This document shows positions 1 to 9,800 of a stretch of 64,000 nt of DNA, piece by piece. The stretch spans positions 15,552-79,551 of the forward strand of contig JACDZF010000001.1 in assembly GCA_013426795.1 (NCBI GenBank). The letters run 5' to 3'. The stretch is from Desulfocapsa sp. (GTDB taxonomy: Bacteria; Desulfobacterota; Desulfobulbia; Desulfobulbales; Desulfocapsaceae). The translations under genes and the position numbers were made by a program. The notes below the pieces were generated by a model. That model searched no databases. It saw only the letters and a program-made list of their open reading frames with translations, and was not told where the DNA came from. Positions within the stretch are counted from its first letter, which is position 1, and every line of letters begins with the position of its first letter.

Positions 1-168
1 AAGCTGTTTGAGTTCTTTTTTACCACCAAGCCGGTGGGAAAAGGTATCGGCATCGGCTTGTCCACCTGCTACTCCATCGTGAAACACCATAAAGGAGAGA
101 TCAGTGTCTCCAGTGAAGAGGGCAAAGGTGCCACCTTCTGTGTCCTGATCCCTGAAAGAGAGAGATAA
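1..168 (+). CDS. Sensor histidine kinase, C-terminal HATPase_c end (5' truncated by window edge)
   Basis: Frame 1 reads KLFEFFFTTKPVGKGIGIGLSTCYSIVKHHKGEISVSSEEGKGATFCVLIPERER, then TAA at 166-168. It has a GxGxGL ATP-lid motif. The stop overlaps the ATG of the next gene (ATAATG). Confidence 0.8.
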   Translation, partial: KLFEFFFTTKPVGKGIGIGLSTCYSIVKHHKGEISVSSEEGKGATFCVLIPERER

Positions 169-1505
169 TGGAAAAAGAAAAATATCCCATCCTCGTCGTT
201 GATGACGAGGAATCCATCCGCCGGCTTCTGCAGAAGGAGCTGGCGGGGCCTGGTCGAGAGATATTCATTGCAGCCAATGCCGCTGAGGCCCTTGATATGA
301 TCCGGACCCACCGCTTCGATGTGGTTATCATGGACCTTCGCCTGCCGGACAGCACCGATCTCAATCTGCTTATCCAGGTTCGCGATTCCAGTCCCTACAC
401 CGAGGTGGTGATGATCACCGGCCAGGGAGATATCAACAGCGCGGTGGACGCCATGAAACTCGGCGCCTGCGATTTTATTCCCAAACCGTTTAATCTGGAC
501 CAGCTCGAGCTGGTGGTGGAAAAGGCCCACCAGCGGGCCCGACTCTCCCGGGAAAATGAACTGCTGCGCCACAGTGCCGGCAGCAGGCAGGGAGCAACGA
601 ATTTTATCGGCAACTCCCAGGCCGTGCGCAATATCAAGTTTTTAATCGACAAGGTTGCCCCGGCTAAAGTCCCGGTGCTTATCACCGGGGCATCCGGGGT
701 GGGCAAGGATGTGGTGGCCCATGCCATTCACAACCAGTCCTCCCGGGCCGGCAATCCCCTGGTTATCAAAAATTGCGCCTCTCTCCAGAAAGAGCTGGCC
801 CGCAGCGAGCTCTTCGGCCATATCAAGGGCTCCTTCACCGGCGCCAGCGACTCCCGCGAAGGTCTGATGTATTATGCCCATGAAAGCTCGCTCTTTCTCG
901 ACGAGATCGGAGACCTGCCCCTGGAAGTCCAGGCAAGCCTCCTGCGGGTTCTGGAGACCCAGACCTACCGCAGAATTGGTGAAAAAGAAGAGCGAAAGGT
1001 GGATATCCGTTTTATCTTTGCCACCAACCGCAATCTGGCCGAGGCGGTGGAGCTTGGTCAATTCAATGAGGCCTTCTACCATCGCATCAATGTGTTCAAC
1101 ATTGATATTCCCTCCCTCAGGGAGCGCAAGGAAGACCTCCCCCTGCTGGTGGATTATTTTCTCACGACCCTGAGTCCGGATCAGTCGCCCTACCGGATGG
1201 TGCAAAAGGCCATGGACTGTGTCCTCAGTTATCACTGGCCGGGCAATATCCGTGAGCTCCGCAATGTCATCGAACGGAGTATCATCCTTGCCGAAAACGG
1301 GATCATCACCGAACGCTGCCTGCCTCGGGAGATGGTCATCACCGCCGAAAAATCTGAGGTCAGCATCACCATGGAGTCCGTGGAGAAAGAGCATATCATG
1401 AAGATCCTCAATTTTTTCGACGGCAACCGCTGCAAGGCCGCCGATGCCCTGGGAATCAGCCGCAAGACCCTGTACCGTAAGATGAACCAGTATAAGGCCG
1501 GTTAA
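168..1505 (+). CDS. Sigma-54-dependent response regulator (NtrC/AtoC family: REC + AAA+ + Fis-type HTH)
   Basis: REC domain (ILVVDDE...DLRLPD). Walker A is GASGVGKD. GSFTGA loop is a variant of GAFTGA. C-terminal HTH is AADALGISRKTLYRKM. Confidence 0.92.
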   Translation: MEKEKYPILVVDDEESIRRLLQKELAGPGREIFIAANAAEALDMIRTHRFDVVIMDLRLPDSTDLNLLIQVRDSSPYTEVVMITGQGDINSAVDAMKLGACDFIPKPFNLDQLELVVEKAHQRARLSRENELLRHSAGSRQGATNFIGNSQAVRNIKFLIDKVAPAKVPVLITGASGVGKDVVAHAIHNQSSRAGNPLVIKNCASLQKELARSELFGHIKGSFTGASDSREGLMYYAHESSLFLDEIGDLPLEVQASLLRVLETQTYRRIGEKEERKVDIRFIFATNRNLAEAVELGQFNEAFYHRINVFNIDIPSLRERKEDLPLLVDYFLTTLSPDQSPYRMVQKAMDCVLSYHWPGNIRELRNVIERSIILAENGIITERCLPREMVITAEKSEVSITMESVEKEHIMKILNFFDGNRCKAADALGISRKTLYRKMNQYKAG

Positions 1506-1957
1506 GATCCTTTTGCATGGCCGCTCTTCGCGCTTTCCGGATGGTCTGGCAGCCCGATAACAGAGCCATCTTTCTCCCCTCAGAACATGGGGCGACACCC
1601 TCAGCCGGACACCACCCCTTTGCCAACCCGGCACAGCACAATGGCGCCCCTCTATCCCGCCACGCCTTCCCCATTTCTGCCATGTCTGCCATGTCTGCGT
1701 AAGAACCTTTGCACCTTTCCCTAATTCCCTGAACTTGCCGAAAGCCCCCACCGATATTCCGGCCGATGCAGATTTGAGCGGAAAGAATTGACAGAAAGGA
1801 TGTTTCTCGGTAAACGATAGGCAGTCATTTTCATCAATTCTTTCTTCACCCTTAACGAACAGACTCGTGCCACGGACAGGGCCGGAGACTGGAGACATCA
1901 TTCAGCGCTCCCCCAGGCCCGGCAGGTTTTTTCAACTACCCTTTGCGTACCGACACC

Positions 1958-3064
1958 ATGAGCTCACCACCAGGAAAACCGTTTCGCGCCGATGGCATGC
2001 CCCTGCTTATCGGCAGCCTGCCGATTCATGACGCGAACATTGCCATCAAAGAATGGATCCTGACCGCCACTCCCGGAATCCCGATCTGGCCACAACTGCC
2101 CGCCAACCCTTGCGAACAGATGCTGCACCAGTTCGCCGAGGGCCTGCCCGGGGTGGTGGAAGAATCCATCGAGACCAGCGACAGCCGCATCTTCTACGAC
2201 ACCGAGGCCCCCGGATTTGAAGAGGCGCAGCTCGCCTTTTACGAGGATTACCTGCAGGTGATGGAGGATCCGCACCTCCTGCTGGGCTCCCGTTTTGCGG
2301 TGAGCCGCGGGCGGGCTCAGGGAATCTACACCTTAGCCGATATGGCTGCCACTCTCCTTGATCCCGTCGCCCTCAAAGGTCAGATCACCGGGCCCTTCAC
2401 CATGCTCACCGGGATTCACGACCGGGAGGACCGGCTGGGATATTATAACGGCACCATCCGTGACATCGTGGTCAAGGGGCTGGCCATGAAAGCCGCCTGG
2501 CAGGCCCTGTTCCTTGCGCAGAATTCGAATCTTCCCGTCCTGATCTTCATCGACGAGCCGGCCTTGGCCGGGCTTGGCTCCTCGGCCTTTATCTCCATTG
2601 CCGCAGGCGATATCCAGGCCGATATCAACGAGGTCGCGGCGGCCCTGCATTCCGTGGGTGCCCTGGCGGGAGTCCATGTCTGCGCCAATACCGAATGGGA
2701 CATCCTGCTCGGCTCCGATATCGATATCCTGAGCTTTGACGCCTATGGCTATTTTGACCGGCTGATCCTGCTCCACCAGCAGCTCCACGCCTATCTTGAC
2801 CGGGGGAAAATCCTCGCCTGGGGCATTGTCCCCACCTCCGACCATGAGGCCATTGAAAGTGAGAGCTGCGCGTCACTGGTCGCCCTGTGGGAAGAGCAGG
2901 CTGCGCAACTGGTCCGTCCGGGACGGGATCTTGCCGCCATCCTGCGCCAGACCCTGATTACCCCCAGTTGCGGCACCGGCTCGCTGCCGCCCGAGCTGGC
3001 CCGCAAGGTCCTGGATCTGACCCGCGATATTTCCAGGGAACTCAAGGAAAAATATCAGGTCTAA
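1958..3064 (+). CDS. Stand-alone MetE-catalytic-domain-like (Meth_synt_2 / URO-D-like TIM barrel) protein, function uncertain
   Basis: The ORF track starts at TTG 1943; ATG at 1958 is preferred. Motifs GQITGPFT, IDEPALAG, HVCANTEW and PSCGTGSL resemble the cobalamin-independent methionine synthase C-terminal domain with His/Cys/Cys zinc ligands. Confidence 0.55.
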   Translation: MSSPPGKPFRADGMPLLIGSLPIHDANIAIKEWILTATPGIPIWPQLPANPCEQMLHQFAEGLPGVVEESIETSDSRIFYDTEAPGFEEAQLAFYEDYLQVMEDPHLLLGSRFAVSRGRAQGIYTLADMAATLLDPVALKGQITGPFTMLTGIHDREDRLGYYNGTIRDIVVKGLAMKAAWQALFLAQNSNLPVLIFIDEPALAGLGSSAFISIAAGDIQADINEVAAALHSVGALAGVHVCANTEWDILLGSDIDILSFDAYGYFDRLILLHQQLHAYLDRGKILAWGIVPTSDHEAIESESCASLVALWEEQAAQLVRPGRDLAAILRQTLITPSCGTGSLPPELARKVLDLTRDISRELKEKYQV

Positions 3065-3189
3065 GCCCGATGCACGGGGAGGAACTCCAGCGCGGTGCCG
3101 ATACCGGTTCCGGCCTGGATGCAACCTGAAATCTCAACTCTTATCCGGCGTGTCCACCAACACCCCACCACCCTTTCAAAGCACTCATC

Positions 3190-4731
3190 ATGAATCAAGA
3201 TAATCAGGTCCTCAAACAACGGCGGGAAAAGGCCGAAGCCCTGTCCGCCCTCGGCATCAATATCTTCAGCAACGGCTTTAAACCGGCCAACCGGATCAAG
3301 GAGCTTCTTCCCAAAGGTGAACACCTGGCCGAGGAGTCCTTTGAAGAGAACCGTTTTACCTATTCCGTCGCCGGACGGATCATGTCCATGCGGAAATTCG
3401 GCAAGGCCGCCTTCTGTCACCTGATGGACTCCTCCGGAAAAATCCAGATCTATATCAAGAAGGATATCACCGGCGAGGAGCAGTTTGCCGCCTTCAAGAA
3501 ATGGGACATCGGTGATATCGTCGGCATTGAGGGCAAGCTGTTCAAGACCCAGACCGGTGAGCTCTCGGTCATGGCCGACAGACTGGTGATGATCACCAAA
3601 TCCCTGCGCCCCCTGCCCGAAAAATGGCACGGCCTGACCAATGTGGAGACCCGCTATCGCCAGCGCTATGTGGATCTCATCGTCACCCCCGAGAGCCGCG
3701 CCATCTTCCGCAAACGGGTGGAGATCATTCGTCTGATCCGGGAATTCCTGGGCAACCGCGGCTTCATGGAGGTGGAGACCCCGATGATGCAGCCGATCCC
3801 GGGCGGCGCCAATGCCAAGCCCTTCAAGACCCACCATAACGCCCTCGGCATGGACCTCTACCTGCGCATCGCCCCGGAACTCTACCTCAAACGGCTGCTT
3901 GTGGGCGGCTTTGAGCGGGTCTTTGAGATCAACCGCAACTTTCGCAACGAGGGCCTCTCCACCCGCCACAATCCCGAGTTCACCATGCTCGAATTCTATC
4001 AGGCCTATGCCACCTACCATGACATGATGGATATCACCGAAGAGCTGATTTCCTGGCTGTCGCAGGAGGTCAACGAGACCATGGAGATCGACTATCAGGG
4101 GACAATGGTCGATCTTTCGCCCCCCTGGAGCCGCATGACCATGGATCAGGCCCTGGTGAAAATCGGGCGTATTGACCCGGAAATCGTCAAGGACAATGAC
4201 CGGATCCTGGCCCTGGCCAGGGTCACCAAGGGGGTGAAGCTCGAACCCCTGGCCGGCCCCGGCAAGGCCAGAACCGCGCTCTTTGAACTGCTGGTTGAGG
4301 AAAAACTGATCAACCCCACCTTCATCACATCCTACCCCATCGAGGTCTCGCCCCTGGCCCGGAGAAATGAGCAGGACCCCGGCGTCACTGACCGCTTCGA
4401 GCTCTTCATCACCGGACGGGAGATCGCCAACGCCTTCAGCGAGCTCAGCGACCCCATTGATCAGCGCCAGCGGCTGGAACAGCAGATTGCCGAAAAAGGC
4501 GATGATGATGAGATTCACGCCGAGATGGATGAGGATTTCGTCCGCGCCCTGGAGTACGGGATGCCCGCCGCCGCCGGCCAGGGCATCGGCATCGACCGGT
4601 TGATCATGCTCCTCACCAACTCACCATCCATCCGCGACGTGATTCTCTTTCCGCACATGAAACCGGAGACGGAAGGGGAAGAAAAGAAGGAAAAAGGTCC
4701 AAACAATCCGTGCGGAAAATGCAAACAATAA
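3190..4731 (+). CDS. lysS: Lysyl-tRNA synthetase, class II
   Basis: N-terminal OB fold, class II motifs ([22 protein letters not shown]) and typical length, plus a Glu/Lys-rich C-terminal tail ending PCGKCKQ. Confidence 0.95.
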   Translation: MNQDNQVLKQRREKAEALSALGINIFSNGFKPANRIKELLPKGEHLAEESFEENRFTYSVAGRIMSMRKFGKAAFCHLMDSSGKIQIYIKKDITGEEQFAAFKKWDIGDIVGIEGKLFKTQTGELSVMADRLVMITKSLRPLPEKWHGLTNVETRYRQRYVDLIVTPESRAIFRKRVEIIRLIREFLGNRGFMEVETPMMQPIPGGANAKPFKTHHNALGMDLYLRIAPELYLKRLLVGGFERVFEINRNFRNEGLSTRHNPEFTMLEFYQAYATYHDMMDITEELISWLSQEVNETMEIDYQGTMVDLSPPWSRMTMDQALVKIGRIDPEIVKDNDRILALARVTKGVKLEPLAGPGKARTALFELLVEEKLINPTFITSYPIEVSPLARRNEQDPGVTDRFELFITGREIANAFSELSDPIDQRQRLEQQIAEKGDDDEIHAEMDEDFVRALEYGMPAAAGQGIGIDRLIMLLTNSPSIRDVILFPHMKPETEGEEKKEKGPNNPCGKCKQ

Positions 4732-4773
4732 ACGTTCCCCTTGCCTTCCAACCTCTGAGCTCTGCCTTCTGAT

Positions 4774-6000
4774 ATGTACGAATGGTTTATCAGCTTCCGC
4801 TATCTGCGGGCCCGTCACAAGCAGCGCTTTATCTCGCTGATTTCGCTGATTTCGGTGGCCGGCATCACCGTCGGGGTCATGGCCCTGATCGTGGTGCTGG
4901 CCGTCTATTCCGGCTTCACCGACGGATTGCGCGACCAGATCCTGGGGATCAACTCCCACATCATTGTGCAGAAGCCGGGCGGCTCCATCCGGGAATACCG
5001 GTCCCTGCGTGAAAAGCTCCTCAAGGTGGAAGGGGTCACCGGCGCCACCCCCTATCTTTACACCCAGACCCTCTTGAGTGGAGCGGCCGGCGGCAACGGT
5101 GTCATCCTCCGGGGCATTGATCCGGAAACCGCCGCCGGGGTGATCAGCCTCGGCAAACAGATGATTCACGGCTCCATCCATGACCTCATTCAGGGGCCGG
5201 ACAGCCGGGTTCCGCATATTATCCTGGGAAAAAACCTGGCCCAGGCGCTGCTGGTTTCCATGGGCGACAAGGTTCGACTTATCTCCTCCTCCGGGCCCCT
5301 CACCCCCATGGGCGTCATCCCCCGGATCAAGACCTGCAGGGTCTCGGGCATCTTCGAGTCGGGGATGTATGAGTATGACTCCAACCTCGCCTACATGACC
5401 CTCACCGATGTCCAGGCCTTTCTCGAAAGCGGCGACGTGGTGCACGGCATCGAGGTCGCCGTCAAAAAAGACAAGCTGAATCAGGCTGACCAGGTGGCTC
5501 GACGCATCATCGACACCATCGGCCCCGACTTTATCGCCAAGGACTGGATGTCCATGAACCGCAATCTCTTTGCCGCCTTCAAGCTGGAAAAGATCGGCAT
5601 GTTCATCTGCCTGACCCTGATTATTCTGGTGGCGGCCCTCAATATTATCAGCGCCCTGATCATGGTGGTGATGGAGAAGGAAAAGGATATCGCCATCCTC
5701 AAATCCATGGGCGCCACCTCCCGTTCCATCATGAAGATTTTCTTTTTTCAGGGACTGGTGATCGCCTTTTCCGGCACCATTCTCGGCGTGGCCGGGGGCC
5801 TTGGGCTTTGTGATCTGCTCTCCCGCTACAAGTTCATCGAGCTGCCCTCCAACGTCTATCCCATGAGCACCCTGCCGATCAAGGTCCTGCCGGGAGATGT
5901 GACCATCGTCGCCATCTCCGCCATCATCATCACCCTGGCCGCCACCATCTACCCCTCCTGGAAGGCCTCCCAGGTTCACCCCGGCGAGGTGCTGTCATGA
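4774..6000 (+). CDS. Lipoprotein-releasing system permease (LolC/LolE family, FtsX-like)
   Basis: N-terminus FRYLRARHKQRFISLISLISVAGITVGV, a periplasmic MacB-like domain and a C-terminal FtsX 3-TM bundle. Overlaps lolD by 4 nt. Confidence 0.9.
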   Translation: MYEWFISFRYLRARHKQRFISLISLISVAGITVGVMALIVVLAVYSGFTDGLRDQILGINSHIIVQKPGGSIREYRSLREKLLKVEGVTGATPYLYTQTLLSGAAGGNGVILRGIDPETAAGVISLGKQMIHGSIHDLIQGPDSRVPHIILGKNLAQALLVSMGDKVRLISSSGPLTPMGVIPRIKTCRVSGIFESGMYEYDSNLAYMTLTDVQAFLESGDVVHGIEVAVKKDKLNQADQVARRIIDTIGPDFIAKDWMSMNRNLFAAFKLEKIGMFICLTLIILVAALNIISALIMVVMEKEKDIAILKSMGATSRSIMKIFFFQGLVIAFSGTILGVAGGLGLCDLLSRYKFIELPSNVYPMSTLPIKVLPGDVTIVAISAIIITLAATIYPSWKASQVHPGEVLS

Positions 6001-6683
6001 CCACGAAACCGCCGCTCTTTGCCGCCCGCGATCTGCGTAAAAACTATGGCACCGGGGTCAGCGCCATTGAAATCCTGAAAGGGGTGGATATCGAAACCAA
6101 AAGCGGCCAGATGACCGCCATTGTCGGCGCCTCCGGTTCGGGCAAGACCACCCTCCTGAGAATCCTGGGCACCCTCGATACCCCCACCAGCGGCGAGCTG
6201 TTCTTCAAAGGCGAGAGGCTGACCAGCAAAGAGGATTTTGAACTTGCGGGCTACCGGAACCGTTCCGTGGGCTTTATCTTCCAGTTCCATCACCTGCTCC
6301 CCGAATTCACGGCCCTGGAAAACGTGATGATGCCCGGCCTTATCGCGGGCAGAAAGAAAAACGACATGATCGAGCCCGCCACCAGCCTGCTCACCCAGGT
6401 GGAACTGGGTCACCGCCTGCACCATAAGGTGGGCGCGCTTTCCGGGGGCGAACAGCAGCGCACCGCCCTGGCCCGGGCCCTGGTCATGAAACCGGCCCTG
6501 CTCTTTGCCGATGAGCCCACCGGCAACCTGGACAGCCGCTCCGGCGACATCGTCTTTGCCCTCCTGCAGCAGCTCTGCGGCGAGCTGTCCCTCTCCACGG
6601 TCATGGTCACCCACAATATGGCCCTGGCCCATCGCATGGATCGCTGCCTGACCCTCAAAGACGGTGTCCTGTCGCAGGAATAG
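5997..6683 (+). CDS. lolD: Lipoprotein-releasing system ATP-binding protein
   Basis: Walker A GASGSGKTT, signature LSGGEQQR, Walker B LLFADEP. Coupled to the upstream permease. Confidence 0.9.
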   Translation: MTTKPPLFAARDLRKNYGTGVSAIEILKGVDIETKSGQMTAIVGASGSGKTTLLRILGTLDTPTSGELFFKGERLTSKEDFELAGYRNRSVGFIFQFHHLLPEFTALENVMMPGLIAGRKKNDMIEPATSLLTQVELGHRLHHKVGALSGGEQQRTALARALVMKPALLFADEPTGNLDSRSGDIVFALLQQLCGELSLSTVMVTHNMALAHRMDRCLTLKDGVLSQE

Positions 6684-6820
6684 CCGCCTCAGCAAGGCTC
6701 ACGACCAATCCATCGCTGCTCATCCTTCCCGCCGGGCGGGGAGTTATAGAAAAGTTCAAATTAACAAAAGAAAGCCGTTTCACTAAGGTAGTGGAGACCC
6801 TCAAATTCTCGGAGGAATGG

Positions 6821-9800
6821 ATGAAACTTTTTAAGAACTATGGTTTGTCGGTGGTACTGCTTGTCTTGCTCCTTCTCTTGCATTTGACAGGAAAAAACTC
6901 TGCTGCTTCGCTTTTTCAGGCAAGTTTTGACTGCGCTAAGGCCTCAAGCCCCATTGAAACACTCATCTGTTCCGATGAGACCCTTGCCACCCTGGACCGG
7001 GAGCTCGGCCTCCTCTTTGCCAATGCGCGCACTGCCCTTGACGGAGAAACCGACCGTCTTGCTCTTTTGAAGGAACAGAGAGCATGGCTGAAATCGCGGC
7101 TCACCACCTGTCAGATTCCCCGTTCCGGCAAACTTGAAGGTGATGTACCAGCCATGCGCGAATGCCTTATCAAAGAAATGCGCAAGCGCAATGAGATCCT
7201 GACAGAATCATTGAAAAAAGCGGTTCCGGTACTGCAAAGTGAAGCAGCACCCTACGACTCCGTCGTTGCCGGCAAGACCGATGCACTGAAAATCTCCCGT
7301 ATAACCCCCAAAGGCGATGATGTCGATAAGCGCGAACAGATCGTCTTTCAGTTTAATCGGCCTGTTGTGCCTATCGGCAAAATGGACCGAGAGGCAAGCG
7401 AAATCCCCGTCGAAATTACCCCCCAGGCTAAATGCCAGTGGCGTTGGCTCAATCGTTCGACGCTGGCCTGCAATCTTGACATAGATGATTTTCTTTTCCT
7501 GGCAACCCACTATAAGGTAAATGTCAAGCCGGGCATCAAGGATGAAAACGGGATGACAATCGGTAACCCGGTCCTGCATGAGTTCATTACTGCGCGCCCG
7601 AGGGTATTGAGCAGCCAACCCTACAACCCCCTTGGTGTGATTCAAAAGCTACCAGATTGGGATGGGCCGGGTATTCCGATTATTGATGTTCGGTTTAATC
7701 AACAAGTTACCTCAAGTTCGGTTGCACAATCGCTCTATATCGAGGCCAATGGTCAGCGTTATGCCCTGAAAGTCACCGCGCCTGCAACTGCCCACGAAAG
7801 CAAAGTAGTACCGGTGTCCCTCGATAAACGAAATTTTTGGATTAATATCTCGCAGACAAGAAATGACGAACCGGTGCAAGTTCTTGACCATGAGGAACCG
7901 GCTCGCCTCAACTGGCTCGTCAAACCGGAAAAGGTTTTGCCGGAAAACACAGAATACTTTCTCAAGGTTGAGCCTGGCTTGGTTTCCGCCTTTGGCCCAT
8001 TACGTGGCATTGAAAGTCGTATCGTTGCGCAGGGTTGGACATTGCCTCCATTTTCGTTTCTTGGGTTTCAATGCACGAATAACGACAACCAAAGCGTTTT
8101 TATTGCGGTGGGTGACTCCAAGCAAAAGTGTTCCGTTTTTGAAAATGTGCAACTTGTTTTTTCTGCACCTGTATACGGCAAACAATTTGTCATCTCTGAG
8201 TTCCTTACCCCACCCATGAAGAACTCAAGCGATGACACGGACCCACAGAAAGAGATTGATAATTCAGGCTATTACTACGGGGGTATCAACCATGAAAGAG
8301 GCAAACACTATAGTATATCTCTTCCGAAAGTATTGAAGAACAGTACTCTTTACACGGTCTCCCTCCAAGGATGTCTTCAGAAAAACAATGATACCAGGGG
8401 ATGTATCAAGGATGTGTTCGAGCGTTGTCTTCCCAAGGACGTCTCGGCGTCTTTCAGCATGGACCGCTACCGACCAACATTTAACTGGAGCGGTGAATCC
8501 TCGGTTCTGGAAAAAGATCTGCCATCGGACGTCTCGCTCTACTCTGCCAATATCACTCAGGCCACCCTGGAGGGCGAGACCTTTACCGCCCAAGGGGGAG
8601 TAACATCCATGTCGCAGGAGATACCGCTCCTTGCAACACTTGATCGCTTTGAACGGTCTTCCTTCGGGGTGAAAAAACTGTTGGCTAACGGTTCCGGAAT
8701 CGTCAGCGGCGAAATCAAATTCCAGCCGGAAAAGGCAACAATGGAGGGAAGTAAGGGCTTTTTTGCCCAGGTGACCCCCTTCCATGTCCACGCCAAGCTT
8801 GGAGAGGACTCTGGACTCGTATGGGTAACCGATCTTACCACCGGCAAGCCGGTTAAAGGTGCTGAAGTCACCGTTTTCGAAGGATCTCTTTTTGGTAAGG
8901 ATGATAAAACCAAGAGAAAAGATTTGGCGGCAGCCAGAACCAATAGCGAAGGCGTTGCATCGATCCCCGGCCATAACGCATTAACTAAAAACTCCCCCCG
9001 GAGGTCTCTCTCTATCCTCGTCAGCAAAGGCCATGACCTGGCCTATCTACCCTTACAATCGTATGAGTTTTATCGTTACCACAGCGGTTCAACATCTCGC
9101 AGTACGTCGATAGCCACATGGGGAATGACAGCAGAGGGTGTCTATCGACCGGGAAAGGAGGTGGACTACAAACTCTATGTACGCGATATGCACAGCGACG
9201 GGGCCAGACTCCCGGAGATAAGGAACTATCAGCTCGAAATCCACGATCCAAAAGGGGCGGTTGTTGAAAAGAAAGATATAACTCTTTCCGAATTCGGCAC
9301 TTATGCCGACAAATACCCCACCGGGTTGAATGGCGCATCGGGACGATTCGAGATTTTCCTCCGCTCGGAGAAACAGAATATCGTTCTCCATGCCATGGAC
9401 TTTCTGGTGACTGATTATGTGCCCGCCTCTTTCAAGGTGCAGACGACGCTCAACCAACAAGTCTACAAATATCAAGAAAGGGTAGCGGTCGATACGACGG
9501 CGACCCTGCATTCAGGTGGCCCTTTTACCGACGCATCGAACAGATATACTGCCATCCTCTACGGCAAACCATTCCGCTCCACCTATCCAGCGACTGAGGA
9601 ATTTTGGTTTGGCAGTCCGTGGTGTGAACCATATGAGTGCCCGGAGTACCCTCATGAAAACAAGGAGGAGCAACTTAACCAGGAAGGAAAAGCGAGCACC
9701 TCTTTTGTCGTTGACGGACGGGAAATTGGCTTTGGCACCTTAGAGGTAGAAAGCGCGGTGGAAGACGACCGGGGCAAGAAGATTGCCAATATGGCCAAGG

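Noticed and set aside
1677-1698. 9-bp tandem CTGCCATGT x 2.4 in the 450-bp gap after the response regulator
   Set aside because: It is too short to interpret and no associated structure was seen. I also searched 1506-1957 for a sigma54 -24/-12 (GG-N10-GC) promoter and found none that fits.
642-1901. 419-aa minus-strand ORF covering the response-regulator gene
   Set aside because: It is antisense to a gene with unambiguous NtrC-family motifs. The translation is low-complexity (Gly/Arg/His-rich), as is typical of shadow ORFs in GC-rich coding DNA.
3061-5979. Long minus-strand ORFs 3061-4518 (485 aa) and 4621-5979 (452 aa)
   Set aside because: They are antisense shadows of lysS and the LolC/E permease. 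They have no motifs and a Gly/Asp/His-rich composition.
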